Source: Mobula birostris (lineage: Eukaryota). Taken from it: a DNA stretch of 64,000 bases. This document shows, piece after piece, positions 51,006 through 64,000 of the stretch. The position numbers and the translations under genes were made by a program. The notes under the pieces are model-generated. The model had not been told where the DNA came from. It was given only the letters and a program-made list of their open reading frames with translations, and searched no databases. The first letter of the stretch is position 1. Each line of letters starts with the position of its first letter. The stretch covers positions 19,321,309 through 19,385,308 of the forward strand of contig NC_092379.1 in assembly GCF_030028105.1 (NCBI RefSeq). The letters run 5' to 3'.

Positions 51006-54000
51006 TGTGGTCAGGGGAAAAATACACACGCAGGACAACAAATACTTTTCCGGGTCTTAAATTCCTTTATCTGTTTTAGATGTTTTATTGCAGAAAGAGG
51101 GTATCAAAATAAAAACGACAAAATAAATTGAAAGTGTCCGCTATTACAAACTCAGTTTAACTTCAGACCACACCCTTGTAACGTATGCAGTATGAAAATA
51201 GCTAAAAAATATCCTAAACCAATACAGTAGAGACAAATCTAAAAAAAAATACAATGTTAGAATCCCACCAAGCCTGTACCTTATGCACAACATCAAAAAT
51301 ATGAATAAATACATCTCATCTCAACTAAGAGATATACTTACATTTGGAACACACGTGCTTAACTTCCAAACACATATAGGCTAGAACGTGAATTGAATTT
51401 TCCTTGCTCATGCTACATGAACAGAGATTAACACATTCACATTACTCCATTACATTCACATTTGGTCATGAAACAATAAAGAAAAACAAATAAACTTTTA
51501 CTAGATATTGCCTTGTAATTGAATTACTAAAAAAAAATAACCTGGTAGGCCAGTTAAGGAACTTAGCAATCACACTATCCAGCACTGACCAATTTACTCA
51601 CTACATTTGTTACTCACGAAAATTTTTCCTCATCAAACCTGGGAAAAGCATTCAAACGTCGTCCTTTCTAGAACATGGCAACTCTTCGTTCTACTCCACC
51701 CATGCAAAATGACACCACCGTTTTCTGCATTGGCAGCTATTTGAGCATAACCAAGCTGAAAATATAAGTGCACTTTAACAATTAAAAGATGCATATTCAA
51801 CCACTACCTGGTTACATTGTCCCCTGCACACGAGTAAGCGTCCTCGATTACTCATTCACTGCAAAAGTACCTTTAACTCTTTAACTGCTTCTCTGAATAG
51901 GACTGAACTTAGACTGGCCAGTATCTGTGACACTGCTGCACGACTTATGGAGGCCACATCTGGAAGTGACCTTGGTTTGTGATGTGGGTTAGAGTGCGGT
52001 CTAGCATTTACTCCTTTACTCCTGCGGGATGCTGCAACAGGAAGATTAACAACATCTGACCCTGGATCGGCTGTCACAGGCACAATGGTCTCAGTTCCAG
52101 AAGTTTTACTGTCAAGACTAGGATCGGGATTCGGTACACCCTGTTCTGACACATCTTTTCCCAATATCACACCATTCTCTGAATCCTCAGAATCTGATTC
52201 ATGTCCCGGGGAAGGACTACCCTGAATTACAGGAGCTTTCAGTCTCCTCTGAGGAACTGGGGTGGGAACGCTCTCACAGGGCCCGATGTCTACCCCGTTT
52301 ACCCTCTTGATAGACCCTCCCTCCAAAGGATCAACAGTGTATGTGTTGTCTAGCACCTCTACCACTCTGTACAGTTGATTTCCAAGCATTCTAGATCTTA
52401 CTACAGCCTACTGGTCTGTTCCAGAAGTAAACTAGTGCATTTACGTCAATCTGGGGACAATGAATTTTATCCTCCTGTCAGGCAATACGTTCTGCTGCCT
52501 TCTGTTCAGAGTATTCTTTTGCTCTGGCATGAGCATCACTCAGTCGTTTCTAGTGAACAGCTGACCAGTCATACCTCCTGTTCACAGACTGTCCTTGCCC
52601 CAGCAGAGCATCCACTGGCAAGTGGGGATCAACACCAAACAGTAGGTAATAAGGGGAATATCCAGTGGTTGCATGAAGTGTCACATTGTATGCATACACT
52701 AACTCGGGTAAATGCTCTGGGCACCTGTGCTTCTTTTCTAGAGGCAATGTACACAACAAATCATGCATCGTCCTGTTGAAACGCTCACACTGAATGTTGC
52801 CAGTAGGGTGATGGGGTATAGTACGACTTTTCTTTACCCCGTACAGTTTGCAAAGCTCATTTATGACCTCACTTTTGAAGTTACAGCCCCGGTCAGAATG
52901 CAACCTCTCAGGAATCCCATACTTCATAAACCATTCCCTCAAGAGTACCTTTGCTGTGGTATCTGTCTTTTGATCCCGAGTGGGAATGCTTGGGTGAATT
53001 TTGTAAAGGTTGGGGTGTTTCGTTACATCAGATCACTTACATCACTAGTACCAGCTTCAAGAGTTCAAATTTGCCTAACCTCACAGCTTTTAAGACCAGC
53101 TGTAACCAGTGACGGATTTAGGGCAGTGCCTTGATTGATCAGACTACAGATCACCACGGATCCGTCAAAGTCAGCAAAGTCAGCTGAGATAGGCTCAGGA
53201 TCCCCTGCAAATGGCTGCCTAGAGAGGGCATCAGCCATAGTATTACTCTGACCTGGATGGTACTTTGTCTCTCCCTGTTGCTGGTATAAAACAGCTCTTA
53301 GTCTGTGACTGCTTGCATCAGTCTCCACTATGAAAGGCTGTGTGAAAGGTCTATCATTGAGAAAAACTGCGCTTCCCGCAAAGCATCAAAACTTTCATCA
53401 ATCTGCGTGAGCGGGAACACATCCACTTCAGTCTTAGGATTCAGTCTCCGATAGTCTACACACAGCCTTAAGCTACCATCAGCCTTCCATACCAACAACA
53501 CAGGTGAGGTATATGCACTATTGCTCTCCTGAATCACACCGTTCTTCAACAACTTTGAGATGTGCTCTTTCACTTCACTGTACTGATTGGGCAGAATGCG
53601 ACAGTACAGCTGTGAAACAGGCTCATCCTCATTAAATGAATCTCATGCTTAATCTCGTTAGTTTACCCAAGGTCTTCATCTTTGAATGCACAGATATCCA
53701 GGTACTTAGCCAGTAAAGCTCTTAGCTGAGCTTGTTGTTCTTCACTACCCCCAATGTCGAGTTTGTCAAGAGTTGATTCTAACTTGGGGTTACTATCCTT
53801 CTCCTTTACACCAACAGTCACTTGTTCAATGCCAGCTGAGATCCACTGCAATCTTACAGCACCTTCCTGATCGCTATCTATGCATTCTACCTTTGATAGT
53901 ATACCCAGCTGGATCCTAGGTGAGAGCCATACATCCTCTTGAGAGAGATTTGAAACCTGTACTGGCAGTGTACGGAAACAAGAGTCAATGAGCATGGGAA

Positions 54001-55580
54001 TAAGTTCAAGACCACCCGGTAGAGGGGTGTTATGTAGCTCAAGTACCATCTTATGGTCAGTACCAGCATCTCCAGTGGCTTTCCTAGTCACAATGGTAAC
54101 CACAGTAGGTATGTGCTCAGTATCTTTTCCCAATACTCGGACTATCACTTTCTTTTCAGTACTGTGCATTTGCACTTTCTGGAAAACATCTCTCCAATCA
54201 GAATCCAACTTTCCTTCTAGGGTCATGTCAAATTCAGCGTAGACGAGTTGTCCACATTGGCTTATAATGTTCATACCTGCAATGCATGGGACAGGTTGTT
54301 CAGTGTTAACAGAATCCCTGACTACTAGAAAGCCACAACTGGGAATCTTCATGCCCATTGCTTGAACCTCTAGCTCTAGATACCCAAAGTAAGGAATATC
54401 AAGACCGTTAGCAGCTGTTAACCTAAGCCAGCCAGCAGTGGACAACATATCCTCATCCTCTCCATTCAAGTATTCTCGAGAGAACTGCTCAGTCATGGTG
54501 CTCCCTTGACTACCTGTGCCTAACAGACAATGGGCAGAGACACCCGATATCTTAAGCTCAACAACAGGACATGTTCCTACGGTATGTTGCAACACATGGT
54601 CACAGGATGGCTGTACATTATCTGAGTCTGTGCGGTTCCGGCGAATTGCCCGTCTCACAGCAACCTGAGGGGTGGAGGATTCAGGCTCTACATCCTTTGC
54701 ACTTTGCTTCTGTGGTCAACTATTTGCTACCTGTCCTCCCACCTGACACTTGAAACATATTGGTTGTCCATCCTTTGTGAACCTAGGCTATACCTTAGGT
54801 CTAATGCTAGTAGAATGTGCAACACCTCTGGATCACCATCACAGTTCTATGTCCTGGCGTCAGTCCCGAAGTCCCAGCTCGGGCTCAAGGCTCTACCGCA
54901 GTCTTGGTGCAATAATATGCTCTCCCTCCGGCTGTCTTGTTCTTCACCACTACTGCATAATGTAGTGTATATTGTTCTGCATACAAAAATCAAAAACCCT
55001 CGAAACTGGCTTGGAATTACCCCACTCCTGGTACCAAATTTTGTAGCCTGGAGAAAAATGCACACGCAGGACAACAAATACTTTTTTGGGTCTTAAGTTC
55101 CTTTATCTGTTTTAGGTGTTCGGCTGCAGAAAGAGGGTACCAAAATAAAAACGACAAAATAAATTGAAACAGTTCCCACTATTACAAAGTCAGTTTAACT
55201 CCAGACCACACCCCTGTAACATATGCAGTACAAAAATAACTGAAACAAAATATATAGAACCAATACTGTAGTGGCAAATATATACAGTATAAAAAAACAA
55301 AACAATGTTAGAATCCTACCAGACCTGTACCCTATACACAACATCAAAAATATGAATAAATACATCTCATCTCAACTAAGAGATATACTTACATTTGGTG
55401 CACACGTCCTTAACTTCCAAACACAAACAGGCTAGACCTTGAAATGAGTTCTCCTCGCTCACGCTACGTGAACAGAGACTTACACATTCACATTACTCTG
55501 TTACATTCATATTCGGTCATGAAACAATAAAGAAAGACAAATAAACTTTTACTGTATATTGCCTTGTAATTGAATTACTA
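51006..55580 (-). mobile_element. Ty3/Gypsy LTR retrotransposon, internally deleted; 3' LTR 51006-51816, partial 5' LTR 55042-55580
   Basis: Direct repeats 51006-51530 and 55042-55580; the full LTR copy runs TG...CA. Protease (CLLGTGSQGST), RT (YTSPVLLVWKADGSLRLCVDYRRLN), RNase H (ETDASS) and integrase ([17 protein letters not shown]) are in PR-RT-RH-IN order. Confidence 0.93.
55019..55036 (-). other. Primer-binding site, tRNA-Leu(UAA)-like
   Basis: The plus strand reads ACCCCACTCCTGGTACCA, the 18-nt 3' end of vertebrate tRNA-Leu(UAA) as I recall it, 5 nt inside the 5' LTR boundary. Confidence 0.75.
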
Positions 55581-55747
55581 GAACCATAGAACATTAAAGG
55601 CCAGAAAACAGCCCTGCTGTGCTGGTCCGATACACGAGGAAGCCAACGAGTTTCACAGCCCTGCCTCTCCCCTTACCCTGCAATGTGTTGTCCCGTTGGC
55701 CGCTGATCTCCCCTCCGGTGAGGCCCAGCCTCAGGCTCCTCCACTCA

Positions 55748-55760
55748 NNNNNNNNNNNNN
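55748..55760. other. Assembly gap (13 N)
   Basis: Run of n in the sequence. Confidence 1.
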
Positions 55761-56029
55761 CCCTCATCTCAGTTTTGTTCCAATTTTTAACACAACATTG
55801 TATCATTTCTTAATGCATGTATGCATTTCTAAATGACAATAAAAGAGGACTGAGTGTTCTCATAATCTTTAAAAAAAATATATTTTTATCATGGTCTTAA
55901 GAGTGGAGTTGAACCGTTCCAAGGCTCTCTCGGACTCTGTGTGATGTGCAGATGACCCAATGTGCTTAGCTCCAAATTCTCCAATTATCCCTGGAATGTT
56001 CTCGAAGTAACTGTATGCTGACAGGCCGA

Positions 56030-58330
56030 CTAGGGGGAATGCCATACTAGATCTAGTATTAGGTAACGAACCGGGTCAGGTCACAGATCTCTCAGTGGGT
56101 GAGCATCTGGGGCACAGTGACCACCAGTCCCTGGCCTTCAGCATTATCATGGAAAAGGATAGAATCAGAGAGGACCGGAAAATTTTTAATTGGGGAAGGG
56201 CAAATTATGAGGCTATAAGTCCAGAACTTGTCGGTGTGAATTGGGATGATGTTTTTGCAGGGAAATGTACTACGGACACGTGGTCAATGTTTAGAGATGT
56301 ATTGCAGGATGTTAAGGATAAATTTGTCCCAGTGAGGAAGATAAAGAATGGTAGGGTGAAGGAACCATGGGTGACAAGTGAGGTGGAAAATCTGTTCAGG
56401 TGGAAGAAGGCAGCATACATGAGGTTTAGGAAGCAAGGATCAGATGGGTCTATTTAGGAATATAGGGTAGCAAGAAAGGTGCTTAAGAAGGGGCTGAGAA
56501 GAGCAAGAAGGGGGCATGAGAAGGCCTTGGCAAGTAGTGTAAAGGAAAACCCCAAGGCATTCTTCAATTATGTGAAGAACAAAAGGATGACAGGAGTGAA
56601 GGTAGGACTGATTAGAGATAAAGGTGGGAATTTGTACCTGGAGGCTGTGGAAGTGAGCGAGGTCCTCAATAAATACTTCTCCCTGGTATTCACCAATGAG
56701 AGGGAACTTGATGATGGTGAGGACAATATGAGTGAGGTTGGTGTTCTGGAGCATGTTGATATTAAGGCAGAGGAGGTGTTGGAGTTGTTAAAATACATTA
56801 GGATGGATAAGTCCCCAGGGCTGATGGAATATTCCCTGGGCTGCTCCACGAGGCGTGGGAAGAGATTGCTGAGCCTTTGGCTAGGATCTTTATGTCCTCG
56901 TTGTCTACGGGAATGATACCGGAGGATTGGAGGGAGGCGAATGTTGTCCCATGTTCAAAAAAAGTAGTAGGGATAGTCCAGGTAATTATAGACCAGTGAG
57001 CCTTACGTCTGTAGTGGGAAAGCTGTTGGAAAACATTCTTAGAGATAGTATCTGTGGGCATTTAGAGAATCATGGTCTGATCAGCATGGCTTTCTGAAGG
57101 GCAGATCATCTCTAACAAGCCTGATAGAGTTCTTTGAGGAGGTGACCAGGCATATAGATGAGGATAGTGCAGTGGATGTGATCTATATGGATTTTAGTAA
57201 GACATTTGACAAAGTTCCACATGGTAGGCTTATTCAGAAAGTCAGAAGGCATGGGATCCAGGGAAGTTTGGCTCGGTGGTTTCATAATTGGCTTGCCTGC
57301 AGAAGGCAGAGGGTCGTGGTGGAGGGAGTACATTCATATTGGAGGGTTGTGACTAGTGGTGTCCCACAAGGATTGGTTCTGGGACCTCTACTTTTCGTGA
57401 TTTTTATTAACGACCTGGATGTGGGGGTAGAAGGGTGGATTGGCAAGTTTGCAGATGACACAAAGGTTGGTGGTGTTGTAGGTAGTGTAGAGGATTGTCA
57501 AAGATTGCAGAGAGACATTGATAGGTTGCAGAAGTGGGTGGAGAAGTGGCAGATGGAGTTCAACCCGGAGAAGTGTGAGGTAGTACACTTTGGAAGGACA
57601 AACTCCAAAGCAGAGTACAAAGTAATTGGCAGGATACTTGGTAGTGTGGAGGAGCAGAGGGATCTGGGGGTACATGTCCACAGATCCCCTAAACTTGCCT
57701 CACAGGTAGGTAGGGTAGTTAGAAAGCTTATGTGGTGTTAGCTTTCATAAGTCGAGGGATAGAGTTTAAGAGTCGCGAGGTAATGATGCAGCTCTATAAA
57801 TCTCTGGTTAGGCCACACTTGGAGTACTGTGTCCAGTTCTGGTCGCCTCACTATAGGAAGGATGTGGAAGCATTGGAAAGGGTACAGAGATGATTTACCA
57901 GGATGCTGCCTGGTTTGGAGAGTATGGATTATGATCAGAGATTAAGGGAGCTAGGGCTTTACTCTTTGGAGTGAAGGAGGATGAGAGGAGACATGATAAA
58001 GGTATATAAGATATTAAGAGGAATAGATAGAGTGGATCGCCAGTACCTCTTCCCCAGAGCACCACTGCTCAATACAAGGGAACATGGCTTTAAGGTAAGG
58101 GGTGGGAAGTTCAAAGGGGATATTAGAGGAAGGTTGTTTACTCAGAGAGTGGTTGGTGCATGGAATACACTGCCTGAGTCAGTGGTGGAGACAGATACAC
58201 TAGTGGAATTTAAGAGACTACTAGACAGGTATATGGAAGAATTTAAGATGGGGGTTTATATGGGAGGCAGGGTCTGAGAGTCGGCACAATAATGTGGGCC
58301 GAAGGGCCTGTAATGTGCTGTACTATTCTA
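56030..58330 (+). mobile_element. CR1 LINE (endonuclease end through RT and 3' tail), frameshifted
   Basis: LGHSDHQSLAF (56095), YMDFSKTFDKVPHGRL..KFADDTKVGG (57142-57741), MRGDMIKVYKIL (57981); same subfamily as 26405-27630. Confidence 0.93.
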
Positions 58331-61260
58331 TGTCTATGTTAAAGTTAATACCCTGGTCAAATTGAATTTCTTTGGGCAGACCTACCAGTGTGAAAAACTT
58401 ACTGAATGCTTTTACTCCAGTCTTTGCCTGGATGTTTCCGAGTGGCAAGGCTTCAGGGAACTGAGACACAGCACACATAATTGTTAACACATACTGATGA
58501 CCAGCTGCAGTCTTTGGCAATGGGCCTACACAATCCACTGTGACCCTTGAAAAAGGTTCACCAAAAGCAGATATCAGTTTAAGTGGTGCTACTTGAATAA
58601 CCTGATTAAGTTTCCCATCAACGTGGCTGGTGTGTCAAGTCCTGCAATAATTCACACCATCCTATCTTAAACTAGACCAGTAGAATTCCTTCATAATCCT
58701 ATTCACTGTCTTTCTCTCTCCAAAATGTCCACCGAAAGGCATGTTTAAAATTTCATCCCTGTAAGTTTCGGAACTACTACCTGATGCTCAATGGCCCAAT
58801 CCTCACTTGCAGGCACAGTGGCTGGTCTCCACTTTCTCATCAACATCCCATCTTTAAGGTAATATCTCACTGACTCTCTCTGAACCTTCTCTTCTGTGAG
58901 AGCTGTCTCCTTTAAAGCCACCATATCTGAATCTTTATTCTGTTCCTCCATAAATTCCTTCCTCGATAAGGACAAACCTTTTGTCATACATCTTACTCTC
59001 ATCAGCTTTACTACCCCCTAAGTCCTGCTGGAATATGAAAGGTAGAAAAGTCGATGACACATCATCCTGGAGAGGTGTCAACCTCCCCCCATTGTTTACT
59101 AAAGTTAGCATTATCAATAGACTTATAAAAAAACATGTGTATATTGTGGAAGAGGCCAAACAATCCATTTATCTCATTCCTACGACCTTTATTCTGACCT
59201 GTCTCCTTAGCAACTTCCACCAATGGTGTCTCAAAACCATATCAATTCTCCTTTTTCTCCACAACATCGTCATGCATAACATCATAACCTTGAAGGTGTT
59301 TACCTCCAAATGTCAAAACAAAATTCAACAGAGTGGCACGTACTTCCTCAGCAGGCCTTTGTCCTGCAAGCACGGTCAAATGTCGTGAAACCAATCTAAC
59401 TTTCACAATTACTTTATTCAAAAGTCCAGAAACAACACCTTTCCCAATATCTTCAGTAACATTTACCTCACCGATTTTTATCTTATTACTAACTTTTAAA
59501 CCTCCCCCCCCCCCCCACCAATACAAGTGACTAAGAATTCTCAATTTCCACTGGTACCAAGGTTAACCCCTTTTTCACTGAACCATAACCATCTGACACA
59601 AAAGAACGGCATTCCTTTCCAACCAAGTCGGACACCTCAGACCTTAACTGAGCTTCAACACAAGGTTCAGTACCCTGTAAATCCACAGATACTTCAACAA
59701 TCTGAACACAGGCAATCGGGACAGCTGCCTCTTCTGGGCCTTCATCACTTGCCCCAGTTTCAAATTCAAGGTCACCCCGAACCTCCCAGCTACTCTCTGG
59801 GTAACTCTCATCTGGAGTAGACTCAACCTCGTGGGATAAACCAACTTCATCTGCTGTCTTAGCAGACCCCTGCAAGGTGGCGGCATCCTCTTCAACTAGG
59901 TATGCATTTACATCAGCAGGAACACAATTTTTAAATTCTTCAAACAAAACAAGCTCTTCCCAGCTGTAAAAATCATCAGGGTCTGACACTAAACCTCTCG
60001 GCTGCCACATCTCCCTCTTGAACTGTCTCTGTCTTTCTACCTCTTCTCTCTGTTTTTCTGCCTCTTCTGCCTTGAGCTGTTTCAGTTGCAACTCATGTTC
60101 CCTTTTTAATTTTTCCAACTGAAGCTGAAGCTCAGCCTCAGTAAGTACTTTATCTTCAGCAAACATTTTCAACACATCCTCAGTAAATTGTGTCGTTGAA
60201 ATATAATATTCAATTTTTTTTTGAATTTCTACCTTAGCCATACCCTTCTTTACCGTCTTAAGTTCCAGCTCCTCAACAATTGTCTGCAATTCATCCTTTT
60301 TAGCTCTCTTCAAAACCACAGGGTTTGACAATGCCAGAAATTTCCTAACATCCATTTCTGCTGTTTTTCCACATGACCAAATCAAAAGGGATTTTCCCCA
60401 ATCAATTCCAAATAAGCCCCAACCAATTTGTTCATATCCCAGATGCAGGCCCCAATTTTGATAGGGACCCAGGACGGGCTAAAGTTCCAGCAGAAATGGA
60501 AAACACTTTGGAGTCCAGTATTGCTATTAACTAATGGTATTTATTAGTAAGTACAGAATACAGTAATATAAATGCAGATATATCAAACAGGATTGCAATG
60601 ATTATATATAAGTAAGTGTGGAAATATATGAAAACCAAGCTTCTTCAAGTCTAGGGGTAAATAGATAGTCTTATGATGATGAGTAAAGCTCAGTTCAGTT
60701 CGTGGTATTGAGTTGAGTGTTGATGGAGAGAGGGAGAGGGAGAGATTTGAGTCTTCAGGTGAGCTGATGCTGTCGATCTTCCCGTTGTCCTCCAAAATCC
60801 TTTAGAAGTCACCGACTGTGACCACAACAAAGGGACCATTCTTCTGTGGTGGAATTATCAACCCGTGTGAGGGTTGGACACACAAATGACTCCCCACCGG
60901 TCACTCCCTTTTCACACTGTGAGAGCCGCTGATTGATCCGCCTGATCGATCCTCCAAAACCCACCTTTTCTGTGGGCACAACAAAACTCATTCAGTGTCC
61001 AAAACCATGTGTCTCCAGGTCTAAGAGCTGACCTTCTATTTATCTCGCTGTGCTGAATACTAGCTGTCCATCAGGCAGCTCCTCCCTCCTCTCTCTGCAA
61101 GAACACAGAAGCTGCCAGCGTCCCTGTAGGAAGTATAAACAAACTGTGAGCAATCTTTGCCTCTCTCTCTTTCTTTTTAACAAAGTGTCTGGTGTTGAGC
61201 AACTCCCTCTCTCTCTTTTCAAAAGCACAGTTCATAGGGGTAATTAGAGACCCCATCACA
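58323..61260 (-). mobile_element. Gmr1-like Gypsy element: 5' LTR 60459-61260, gag, protease remnant, integrase; 3' part lost
   Basis: LTR ends TGTGATGGGG...CCCTATCA; degenerate tRNA-Pro-like PBS at about 60436-60454. Gag ORF 59531-60385 (WEELVLFEEFKNCVP..SAKTADEVGLSH) is followed by integrase pieces (HQVVVPK; MDCVGPLPKTAAGHQYVLTIMC) with no RT between. Confidence 0.8.
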
Positions 61261-61299
61261 ATATATCTAACATGATTACCAATTTGCGGGACTGTCCTG

Positions 61300-64000
61300 A
61301 ATCCTTAAAGGAGCTGCACCAGCTATCCGCACTGCGAAGAGTTAGAGTGTCTAAGTTCCAGAAGCTGGATCTGTTGGGTGCGTCTCTTAACAGGACCCAT
61401 CACCTATGGCTGACTGCTGACAATCCTGGCTGTTTGTAGAGACAGTGATGATAGACGTCAAAGAGGGCCAGATCTAAGATGTCTCTATCAGGCACCCAGC
61501 ACCTCTACTGTGGTCCGAATTCTTCCCAGTCCACGAGGTATTGTTGAACACCTGGAGCAGTACGCAAGTACAGAAGTCTTCTCACCGTGAAGACCTGTTC
61601 CCCCTCAATAAACCAGAGTGGCAGCAGGGCTGGTGGTGGTGGGGCTAAGGGACTGATGCAGACAGGTTTTAATTTATAGATGTGGAAGGTGGGATTCATT
61701 TTTAGAGTCTTGGGGAGCTGCAAGGTATAAGCCATGGGGTTTACTTTCCTTAGGACTTTGATGGATCCAGTGAATTTGCTTGCCAACTTTCTAGATTCCA
61801 CACAGAGATACGAATTATAAGTGGACAGCCAGACCTGTTGCTCAGGGTCTAAATTGGGTCTGTCTTCTCCTTCAGTTTGCTTTGGTCTCTGACCTCTGGA
61901 TGGAGGCCAGAAAAGTTTCTCATGCCCTAATCTATTTCTGCTTGCAGCATTGGGTGAAATCTTTGGCTGCAGGGACCCCAACCTCTGCCTCCTTGCATGG
62001 AAAGAGGGGCAGTGGATAACCAAACTGTCACTTGAATAGTGACATCCCATACGCTGAATGCTGTAAGATGTCCACTCATAAGGTCTTTCTGAGGCCAGGC
62101 ATCTGAAGGTACATTCTAAATCTTGTTTAGTCCACTCCATCTGACCTTTGGATTGAGGGTAAAACCCAGAGGAAAAGCTTACTGCTGCCACTATCAGTTT
62201 ACAGAACACTCTCCAGAAATATGATGTTTATTGTGGACCACAATCTGAGACAACATCCACCAGGAATCTGTGGATCCTGAAGACCAGCACCAGGACTATT
62301 TTGGCTGTCCCCCCTGCAGATGGTTGCTTCTTCAAGACAATGAACTTGCAGGCTTTCAAAAACCAATCGAAAATTACCATGATGACCGGCTTCCCCTTGG
62401 TTGGCAGGAGACCCATGACAAGGTCCATGGAGGTGTGTGTCCAATGTCTTTCCAGAACAGGACGGGGGTGGGGGAGCCCTTGAGATCAGGAATGAGGCTC
62501 CTTGTTCCAGTCACACACCTTACATGCTTCCACGAAGGACCGAACCTCTTTTGTCATTCCAGGCATCCAGTACCTCCACTTGGTAAACCTGAGGGTCCTG
62601 GCAATCCCTGGCAGTGTGGTCATTTTTGACGAATGACCCCATTGGAGTACTTGTGACCAGAATGAAGTTGGGACAAAGAGCTGACCTAGAAGGCTGTTCT
62701 TAGAAATTCCCCCCAATCGCTTGGGCCTTGTGATCAGGATCGTCGTTTGCTCATCCAATTGCTGTGACCACACTGACTTGCGGCAAAATAGGGGTAGGTT
62801 GCTCCTCTCATTCTGGTTCGTCAAACTCACGGGACAGGGCTTCTGGCTTCTGGTTCTTTGACCCCAGTCAATAGAACAGGATGAATTCAAAAAACAAAGA
62901 CAACCTGACCTGCTCGGAATGCAGGCTCTTGGCCTCCTGAATATAAGCCAGGTTCTTCTGGTCAGTCCAAATGATAAAAGGGTTCCTGGCCCTCTCAAAC
63001 CAGTGACGCCATTACTCCAAAGCTAAGAACTGCAAGGGGCTCCCAATTCTCGTTGTCATAGTTCCTCTCTGCCGGGGATAGCCACCTGGAGAAGAATGCG
63101 CACAGGTTTAGTTTACCATCCAAAGGTGATCGTTGAGACAAGATGGCATCCACTCCATTGATTGAGCTGTCCACCTCCATGATGAAGGGGAGGTCCCAGT
63201 TAGGAGAAACCAAATTAGAAGCTGTTGTGAACCACTGTTTGAGCTCAACAAAAGCAGACTCTGCTTCGGTAGTCCAGACGTAAGGGTGTGTAGAATTCTT
63301 AATTAGCAAAGGCAGCAGACCTGCACTGAGCTGAAGTTGCTTATGAACTTCTGGTAGAAATTTGCAATCCCCAAGAAACATTGGATTTGTTTGCTGCTAG
63401 ATGGTGGCGGTCAGTCTCTGACTGCCTGGGTCTTGGTAAGTCTTGGTAGGCTCCATCTTGAGATTGCCATTGGAGATGATGAACACCAAAAATGAAACAG
63501 TCGTCACGTGAAACTCAGACTTCTCCAACAGAACATCAACTCCATGCTCTAGACGCCTCTTTAAAATGTCCCTGACGTTAACGTCATTTTTCTCCATGGA
63601 CTTTGAAAAGGTTACGGTATCATCAATGTAGATGAAGGAATACTTATCAAGAATATCCATAATGGCTGGAGCATTCACGAGGCTGAAGGGCATCACCAGA
63701 TACTCGTAGTGCCCCGTTGGTGTATTGAATGCAGTCTTCCACTCATCACATTCCCTTATATGGACCAGATGGTACACACTCTGTCATTCCAGATTTGTGA
63801 ATACTCTCAGTCTTGGAGCATTTCGAAGTCCATGAATGGCAGTGGGTAGTGATATTTGGCCATCATGCAGTTTAATCTTCTATAATCAATGCACGGCGGA
63901 GGGCTTCCGTCCTTCTTTCGTATGAAGCAGAAGCCTGTGCCAGCGAGTGAGGTGAGGAGCCGAATGAAGCCTGTGGCAAGAGCCTCCTTAATATACTCTT
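61300..64000 (-). mobile_element. Chromoviral (sushi-like) Gypsy pol region, degenerate, continues beyond the window
   Basis: RT DEWKTAFNTPTGHYEYLVMPFSL, RNase H EVDSS..CAFFSRWLSPAERNYD, integrase FIVLKK..VSDCGPQ and C-terminal chromodomain FTVRRLL..QYLVDWEEFGP. Confidence 0.9.

Noticed and set aside
122-64000. Most 60-130 aa ORFs in the track as host genes
   Set aside because: They are antisense or alternative frames of LINE/LTR elements or Ig exons, or low-complexity sequence with no recognisable domain.

Overview
Vertebrate genomic DNA, almost certainly a cartilaginous fish (probably a ray or skate, judged from the Ig type and repeat families). The only recognisable host gene is a single minus-strand immunoglobulin heavy-chain cluster of the IgW (IgX) long-form type at about 7.5-23 kb: leader exon, one V exon, CH1-CH6 and a secretory tailpiece. 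It is atypical. CH1 is disabled twice (a tRNA-derived SINE with an 8-bp TSD, plus a Trp-to-stop change), while CH2-CH6 and the tail are open with phase-1 splice sites. A 27-bp triplication adds a Pro/Thr/Ser-rich, hinge-like stretch in front of CH2. The V exon has a compensating +1/-1 frameshift pair and looks germline-joined to a D segment ending in a 12-spacer RSS. I could not find a canonical J or TM exon by eye. The locus is therefore either a decaying pseudogene or a candidate CH1-less IgW. The rest of the window is mostly degenerate retroelements: CR1, Rex1/Babar, RTE, Penelope (with minimal hammerhead motifs), tRNA-SINEs and three Ty3/Gypsy elements. Repeat boundaries are approximate and all family names come from motif recognition, not database searches.
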